From the human T2T-CHM13v2.0 reference genome, Homo sapiens: 64,000 nt of DNA. The stretch lies in assembly GCF_009914755.1 (NCBI RefSeq), contig NC_060938.1, one strand, 5' to 3'. A program made the position numbers and the translations under genes. Under the pieces are notes generated by a model. The model was not told where the DNA came from. It was given only the letters and a program-made list of their open reading frames with translations, and did not search any database. Shown one piece after another: positions 31,120 through 64,000 of the stretch; position 1 is the stretch's first letter, and each line of letters starts with the position of its first letter.

Positions 31120-31640
31120 ACATGGTGAGGTGGCAAATGTCAAAGATGAACCCCAAAGGACCACACTTTGGCACTCATGCCCTTGTGTAGTCCTCTTCTG
31201 CATTAACTCCAAGCTGGTCTATGACTTTAACCAACAGAACATGGTGGAAGTGATGCAAAGTCAGTTCTATGACTAGCTTTTAAGAAGACTGGCAACTTCT
31301 GTTTCCTCCTCTTGAGACAATTGCTTTTGGGAGCCCTGGGCTCATATGAGAGAAATCTCTGCAGTGTCCTGCTGAAGAGATCATATGCAGATGCTCTGAG
31401 GCTACATGGATAGGGGGCAAGGTCCCCCTGTGTCAGTGTCCTAATGGGGCCTCTGGATGACTCCAGTCTTAGTAGTCCAAATGTAGTCCAATTTCAATGA
31501 CATGAAAGATTTCAAAAGGGAACAGCAGAAGAACCACCTAGCTGAACTCAGCAACCCACAGGAAAGTGAGACAATAAAATGGCTCTTGGTTAGCCCCTGT
31601 GTTTTGAGGCATTTAGTTATGCAGCAATAGTTAACAGCAC
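31120..31640 (+). mobile_element. MLT1-like MaLR LTR in the 3'UTR
   Basis: atgactttaaccaacagaacatggtggaagtgatg...cacctagctgaactcagcaaccc...ttagttatgcagcaatagttaac. Confidence 0.65.
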
Positions 31641-31797
31641 ATGTGACGGACTTGTTAATCATAAGACTCTAAAGATATCATTTCTTTTTACCAAAGTGAT
31701 TTGCTGTCCTCAAAGTAATTCATATATCAGTTTGGAAGATTTTGAGAGTAAAACAAGCTTTCAAAGCACTCAGTTTCTAGGTTAATGAATAGTATTC

Positions 31798-54157
<22,360 letters not shown>

Positions 54158-54700
54158 TTCATGTGAAAGACATTCAGAGGAAAGCTGCGAGGGAAGTGGT
54201 TTTGGGGTCTTTAATATAGCTTATTTTAATCAAAGCATTTCAGAAGTTTACCCTCGCTTTACAAAGCAGTCATTTCCTTCATGGCATCCTTCTAGCTCTG
54301 TTTCACTGCACACTAACCCTTTTGGCCACTTCCTGGGAGGCTGGTTTCCATGGAGACTTCCCTTCAACTTTGCCGTTTCAGACCCAAAGAATCCAGTTAA
54401 ACATTGACTTGGTTATGCTACTTTCTGAAATACTCAGTGATAGGAATAGAAGCCACTGTTGATCATTAAACAAATATCGAACACCAGGAAGGTTATTAAC
54501 AGAGAGAGATGTAGAGCAGAGGTTTAGAGAAGTCTTAAACTTGACCCTTTCATTGCAAGTACCTTTGTAAAAAAACTAACTGCTGAGAATAGCTAAGCCA
54601 TCTTTGCAATTAAGAGGATGCATGCTGATTGCCAAGGCTTTGTTAATCTTTAATTTAATTAAAGAATTTATCCCCCAAATAGGAAAGAAAGCAGCGGAGC
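54158..54700 (-). promoter_or_regulatory. CCDC198: CCDC198 5'UTR and proximal promoter (TATA-less, non-CpG-island)
   Basis: ETS core CCAGGAAGTG at 54327-54336. HNF1-like 13-mers at 54396-54408, 54458-54470 and 54642-54654. FOX-like TAAACA at 54467-54472. The TSS cannot be fixed from sequence alone. Confidence 0.65.
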
Positions 54701-54892
54701 GGCTAAAGCGTCATTTGATTTTTCTGTCGATGACTTGAGTTGCCTTTGAAGGGGGTGAATACATTGCAGGACAGGAGGATAATAGAAATTTTTTTCCTGG
54801 GGATAAGGGGAAAAAATTCTTGAATAAATGGTCTAAGTAAACCTTGAGTTTTTGAAGATAACCTATTTACTATGTTTTTAAACTAAATTAAA

Positions 54893-55266
<374 letters not shown>

Positions 55267-58200
55267 TGAATGGTGGGATTATGGGTGATTTTTATTTTAT
55301 TCTTTATACTTAGAAGTGGGACTAACTTTCAAGCTCTAATTGTTCATGAGCACAGATTACTTGTGTTTTCATCACATCTCCATAAAGAAATTAAAAGAAA
55401 ATTTATTTTTCATCTTTGCAGAATCCATTTCCTAAGGGACTAAGGTGATGTTTGGAAAGTCTTGGTAGACAATCACGTTTATCTAAAAAGATGCCTGAAT
55501 TTAGTTTTTTCCTTACTCTCTTTGCATTTTCCACATCATTTTCTCTGCAGCAGAGAGGTTTATAAGTAAAGACTAATATATTAACAGTATCTGCAAACAC
55601 AACAGCCTCTGGTAAACAGACTAGCTTAATTACAAGGATAATAATACTTGAGTAAGGTCTAGTAAGATTTATTTTTTAGTACAATCAGTTTAAGTATTTC
55701 TAAGGGCAGGGGAATGTATTGCGAACTAACAAATGAACTAGACATTGTACTGAAAACTGTGGACTTCATGGATCTGGACCAGTAAGAGGGATTCAGCTCT
55801 TATGTTTTGTTTTATTATTATTTAATTTTCAGACAATATTTGTGGAGAACATGAGCCTTTGTTGAGGAAATTGGTTAGTTGTTGAAGGAATAATTAAAGA
55901 AATAAAGATGCATTTCTGTGCTTCTTTCTCTTTTCATTACTAGTGACTATCAAGCTTTGTGACTTTCCTGATCTGTGAAATGGGGTTAATAACAATACTT
56001 TGTGGGAAATGAACCTGATTCCATTTATAGCTCTTAGACTAATACCTGGCATGTAGTAAGCTCACAGTAATCATTAGCCAGTATCCTCCTCCTCTGAGGA
56101 AGTATTGCTACATATCTACATGTACATAGGATAGTCTTTATTGCCAGTTGGTCAGAAATTAAAATAGACATATTCCTGTCTAAAGGAGTTTGCCCCTAGG
56201 TATAGAAAAGACCAACAAGGGAAGCGTAAATTCATCTGGCCAATTTAACTGGGAAAACCACCATGTCTAAGGATTATCATTAGAAAATATTCATACACTG
56301 AAAGGATTTTATTAAAATTTGATAGTGAAACATTTTAATTTTATTAAAAGAGAAAAAGAGTTTAATTTCACTGATAGAGTTAGATATAAGATGTAATTTC
56401 TTATTACCAGAGTTGTAAAACATTAAAAAGCTCTCACCCAACTAAAACCTTGACTACTTCCCAAACACTTTGTGATACTTTATAATGACCACTCCCTAGT
56501 TCAAGAATGACTATGACTATACGTTATTGTGTGTAAAAACGATAAAACATGCTGTTATTTGTAACAGTCAGAATTCATGAATATGGAATGAGAATATTAA
56601 TTTATAAAACTCTTAAGATTAGCTAAACTTTTCTAAAGCTGAAGGTAGCGTCCAGAGAAAAATGTACTAAGAGAAAGTGGCGAGGCCCCAGAGGAGATGG
56701 AGAGAAGCAGGAACTCACAGCCAAGTGTACTATTTCTGCCAGGAAGAATCAAAGCCCTCAGCCTGGAGCATCTCCACAGGCAATGTGACCTTGAAGTTCC
56801 CAAGAAATAGCCGTGTACAAGCTCCTGGTGCTTGGACCTTTCTTGCCTTCTGTAGAAAATGCCTTCCTTCAAGACACAGAGTGAACCAAGCAATAAGGAG
56901 AAGGCAAAGTATAATGTCTATTTCAAAATATACATTCATTTTGAAGTTAAAAATCCTAGCTTTTGTTCTGGGTTCACTCCTAACTAGCCTTGGGGACAAA
57001 ACTATTAAGGAATATTGTTTAGTGAATATAAGTTCTATAGAAACTCAATACACATTCATTATGAGATATGTGGATTTTTCTGCTCTCTAATAAGAGAAAG
57101 TTTTACACTTGAATGATGGGAGGCAAGATCCAGGTCTTTAAGTGTGAGTCTGCTATCATACTTAAGAGAGTAGGTGCTCTCTAAGTTTCCTTACAACCTC
57201 CTATAGCTTGATTTACACTGTAATATCTATTTAGAGCCAGCATAAGGAGAGAAGCTTTCCTTCCTGTGTGGAAACATTACCTACCTTTTTCCATCAGATT
57301 GTGATTTGATAGCTCTTGCCTTAGTTTTGATGGATTTCCCAGAGTCATCTACAATCTCTTTCCCCATACCTTGGTAAGATGACTGCCTGGAGATAAGGAA
57401 AATGCCTGGGATGAACAAAGACATCTATTTTCTGCAAGTAGCTTACCAGCTAACAGGAATTCATGACTGCAGTAGCACTATGTTCTGAGAAGCTACCTAG
57501 AGAAAACCATGCAAACACTTGAGGAATAGTAAATCTTAAAGTTTAAACAACCTAATATCAGATAAATGAGTTTCTTTTTTTAATGAGCTGTGGGTAATTT
57601 CGTTTGGATGTTTTATATTAAGCAAGTGACAAAGGCTAAGGTGATATTCCTTAGGACTGGATGGTGGTAGTCTGGAGTCGGGTTGGTTAAATTGCCTTTT
57701 GATCCTTCAGCATACGGTTTTCTTGGAAAGGCTTCAGAAGGGATTTAAATCAACATGTGTATAAATATTCCATACAGTTGGACTTCATTCAGTCAGTGGG
57801 GCTTAAATTCTAAATGTTTATAGGTTCTTAAATTAGGCTTCTAATAAAGTTACAGCCTTTTTCTGCAATGGATCTGTAATGGATAAGCAATCACTGGAGG
57901 CTTTTCAGCAGCAGTGTGAATTATAGGTTTGCATGCTAACTAAGCAGAGTTGATGTATGACCCGAACCTTAATTTTCCTTCCAGTGATTATTTTCCTCCC
58001 GATTTATTTATATATTGATGTAAAGGTGACAGTGTAATCAGACCTACTGGGTTTGGAAGTGCTCAAGCAAAACAAATGGAAAAAATGTTAACTGAAGCGT
58101 CTTGTATAACCTCTTCCATGAGATCAGTTGTATACGATTTGTCTCTTTACCCTTTGAATGCAATCTGCAAGTACATCATTGAATGAAATGCTAGAATCAT

Positions 58201-58339
58201 GCCTTCGCACACTATACTACTCTGAAGACAGCCAGTGCGTGGGTTTCTTAAAATGTATTGCCAATGGATTTAACCTAGATAAAATAATATTTGTATATTG
58301 TATCTCTAAAAGGAACATCAACCTTTGGTTATCATAATC

Positions 58340-59900
<1,561 letters not shown>

Positions 59901-59980
59901 CATATTTTAAACATCCACTCATAATAATCCTTTTGAAGGCATCTTTAGAAAATCATTTTCCTTCCTCCCTGCCCTTTCTT

Positions 59981-61493
<1,513 letters not shown>

Positions 61494-63369
61494 TTAGCCG
61501 TGAATGTCTCAAGAATTCATACTGAAATTTAATCTTTAATACATGGTCTCTGTCTGGTCTCAACAGTCACTCAGGATACAGGCCTAAATAGAATAATGTG
61601 CATTTTTCCCCTAGGGCAAAACACCCTACTCTTACTGATGCCTCATTTACTAAAAACAAATTTTAGATTCTTTTTTTTTTTCTTTGAGACCTTTAAATTA
61701 TGGACCCAGAAGCAGAGATCCGAGCTTCCAGCTTCCAGGCAGCATAAAACCAGGGTGGAGAAGAATGTGGTAAATCAGGTGTTCCAACGGTCAGGATTAA
61801 AGTGGCCAGAGTGAAGCTTCAGCTGGTTTCATTGAACTAAATGCCAGCATGGCCAGTGCTAGAGCCTGAGCTCCAGAAACCTCAGTTTTCAGTTATGTGT
61901 TTTAAAACACAGCAGCTCTGAGTCCAGCCCAAATTAGGATGTCTCTCTGCTCTGGGAAAGTCTGTACTTAGATTTTTAAAAATTGCATTGAGATGAAATT
62001 TAGAGGACACCAAATAAAAAGACCCATCCAAAAGATTTCCCTTTCTTTTCATTCCTTCTTTATTCCTCTTATTTCCAACCAAATGCAATGCCAAGCAATA
62101 TCAAGATATCACCCTCACTGCTCTGGCCCTCTACCTGGCATTACACATTTGTCTAGGTGACCCAGGGCCCTAGACCTGGCTCAGGTCACTAGGCAAAGCA
62201 GTGAAGGCTTCCTGTTACCTGTGGCTGAGCTTCTGCAGGGCCAGTTGGATGACTGCTCTGGCCCCATTTCTTAATTTCCTCAGGGCAGAAATTATATGAC
62301 CATGATGACATCCAATTCTAACTCTATGACCTCTTTTGGAACTCTGTAGGGCAAGTTTCTGCGTGTCTTTGTTGTTTAAACAAAAACAGAAAGCAAATCG
62401 GCATGATTGCTAAACAAAGGGATAGAGTCAAAAGATTTGCTAATCTTAGGCTTACTTCCTTGCTACCAATTTGCATCCTAGTGAAGGACACAGATCTTGG
62501 GGTATCTAGCTTTAGAACAACAGAATTACAGAACAATGGGCTCAGTCTGTTTATTTCATCTACTTCTCAGGAGAAGGGAGAGAAGTGTCAGGGGATCTTA
62601 TGTATTACTGGGGAGATTTTTCCCAAGTACCTTCCACAAGAATACCAACTTGGACCCATGCCATTTCTGAAGTATGCAAGTGCAGTATGCAAAGCCTCGC
62701 CAATGGTTTGGCCAGTTGTCTGATCTTACTTCTTCCTGGCATGTTGTGGGTCCCTTCAAGCGTGCTCATGGGCATGGCTTCCGAAGAGAGACAGAGGGCT
62801 TAGGAGTCTCTCTATTAGAGCAGTACAGTCTTCCATAGGTCTTTTTCAGGGCTTTCTCTGTTATCCTGTGGGAGGCAGGTCTCCTTGGTGCTGGACTCAC
62901 AGTGGCTAGACGCTCCCTCAGACCTTCATCCCTTCTAGATGTCTCCTGCTATTACTGGCATTTTTCCTTCAGCAGGATTTTACACTTAGACTTCAGACAT
63001 CTTCAGGCAGAAAGCAACAGTTACTTTCTATTTAATTATTTGCAGCCAACGTGGCTATGATGTTTAGGCTCTATGTAACCAAGGTCTCTGTGGGTACCTC
63101 CAGCTTTCTTGCCTGTGCTCCTGGTGCAAAGGCTGCTGTCGAGGAGAATCTGAAGGCAGCCTCTGGAGCCAGGCACCATGTGGGGAGGAGCTGAGGTGAA
63201 TGAGACACAGCACCTACTTCTCTTACAGGATTCAAAATTGAGCTCCGATGATGGAAAGGCAAAGGGGGAGGACAGAGCTCGGATCTCTATAATGACATTA
63301 TTAGCCACTGTTTAACAAGCACTTCAACAGCTTCCCACTGTCCTTAGGGAAAAATCCAAACTCATTTAT

Positions 63370-63815
63370 GTGGTATCTCAGTTTGGGTTCCCTCAGACAT
63401 AGCTTCGAGTGCAAATGGTTTGTTTGGGAGGTCATCTTAGGAGACAGAGGTAGCAGGTGAGGAAGTGATTCAGGGGAAAGAAAAAAGGCTGATAAAGGGG
63501 TGTCTTCTAGCTTGTTCCACTGTGAGTAGAACTTAGTTCTCCTGCAAAATTCTGGGAAATACTATAGAATACACACTTCAAAGATATCCCACCAGAGGAG
63601 TGAGGGAACTGGGATAGCTGTCCCCCAACTATCAGTGCCTGGCTGAGAACTGCTGAGGGAGGGGGCAGAGTGGTCTGAATTTCCTAGCATTTCCTAACCA
63701 CATGCATTAGGTCAGAGCAGGCCCTAATAGTCAAAGAAAGTCCTAAGGCGGAGAAATGTGAGTGCTGGCAGTGTGCCCTGAAGTGGGAAGGCCCAGGAGA
63801 CCAGGCAGCATCTGC
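63370..63815 (-). mobile_element. Degenerate ERVL-type LTR (LTR33/LTR16-like)
   Basis: gtttgggttccctcagac...gagtgcaaatggtttgtttgggagg resembles the reverse complement of ERVL LTR ends. Confidence 0.45.
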
Positions 63816-64000
63816 CAAGTGTGCTTTTACATCTTCCTACACAAGCAGGCCTCTGGCTGCTTTTCCAGCCTTAACTCTGGAAGAGGGTGTATATGACGGG
63901 GAAGTGTGCTGGGGAGATGATATTTCCCATAGGATAGGTTAGGTAACATTATGCAGAGAAGCTGGTAGTGGTAAGCCGGAAGGCCAGGACAGCACCAGAC

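Noticed and set aside
54295-54320. CAGUGA in the leader as an iron-responsive element
   Set aside because: The flanks (gugug / aacag) cannot form the 5-bp upper stem and there is no bulged C.
61700-63310. Short ORFs at the right end as exons of a neighbouring gene
   Set aside because: No consistent splice-phase chain or recognisable peptide.

Overview
Human genomic DNA: it is Alu/L1/L2/MIR-rich and carries a human-type AluYa5. The window holds one protein-coding gene, CCDC198 (C14orf105/FAME), on the minus strand. I assembled six coding exons from canonical GT-AG sites: 54157-53935, 51513-51431, 43593-43507, 42099-42001, 41196-41037 and 32033-31798. They total 888 nt, giving 295 aa plus stop, from MGLSHSK... 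to ...LFDEFFDQE*. The promoter region (~54.3-54.7 kb) has no CpG island but carries HNF1-, FOXA- and ETS-like sites, and the 3'UTR is largely built from transposons. The first ~29 kb and last ~9 kb are intergenic and dominated by repeats, so most ORF-track entries are repeat artefacts. I found no wholly new multi-gene system. The most interesting leads are: a C-terminal FFAT-like motif on an N-myristoylated protein (possible membrane-ER tether); five uORFs in the leader; an in-frame antisense-Alu cassette exon inside an inverted Alu pair; a TGGCAG/TAGCAG tandem-acceptor switch; a 143-bp locally templated insertion; and a VNTR that appears to have arisen by fold-back of L1 sequence. Repeat subfamily names were assigned by eye and need RepeatMasker/Dfam confirmation.
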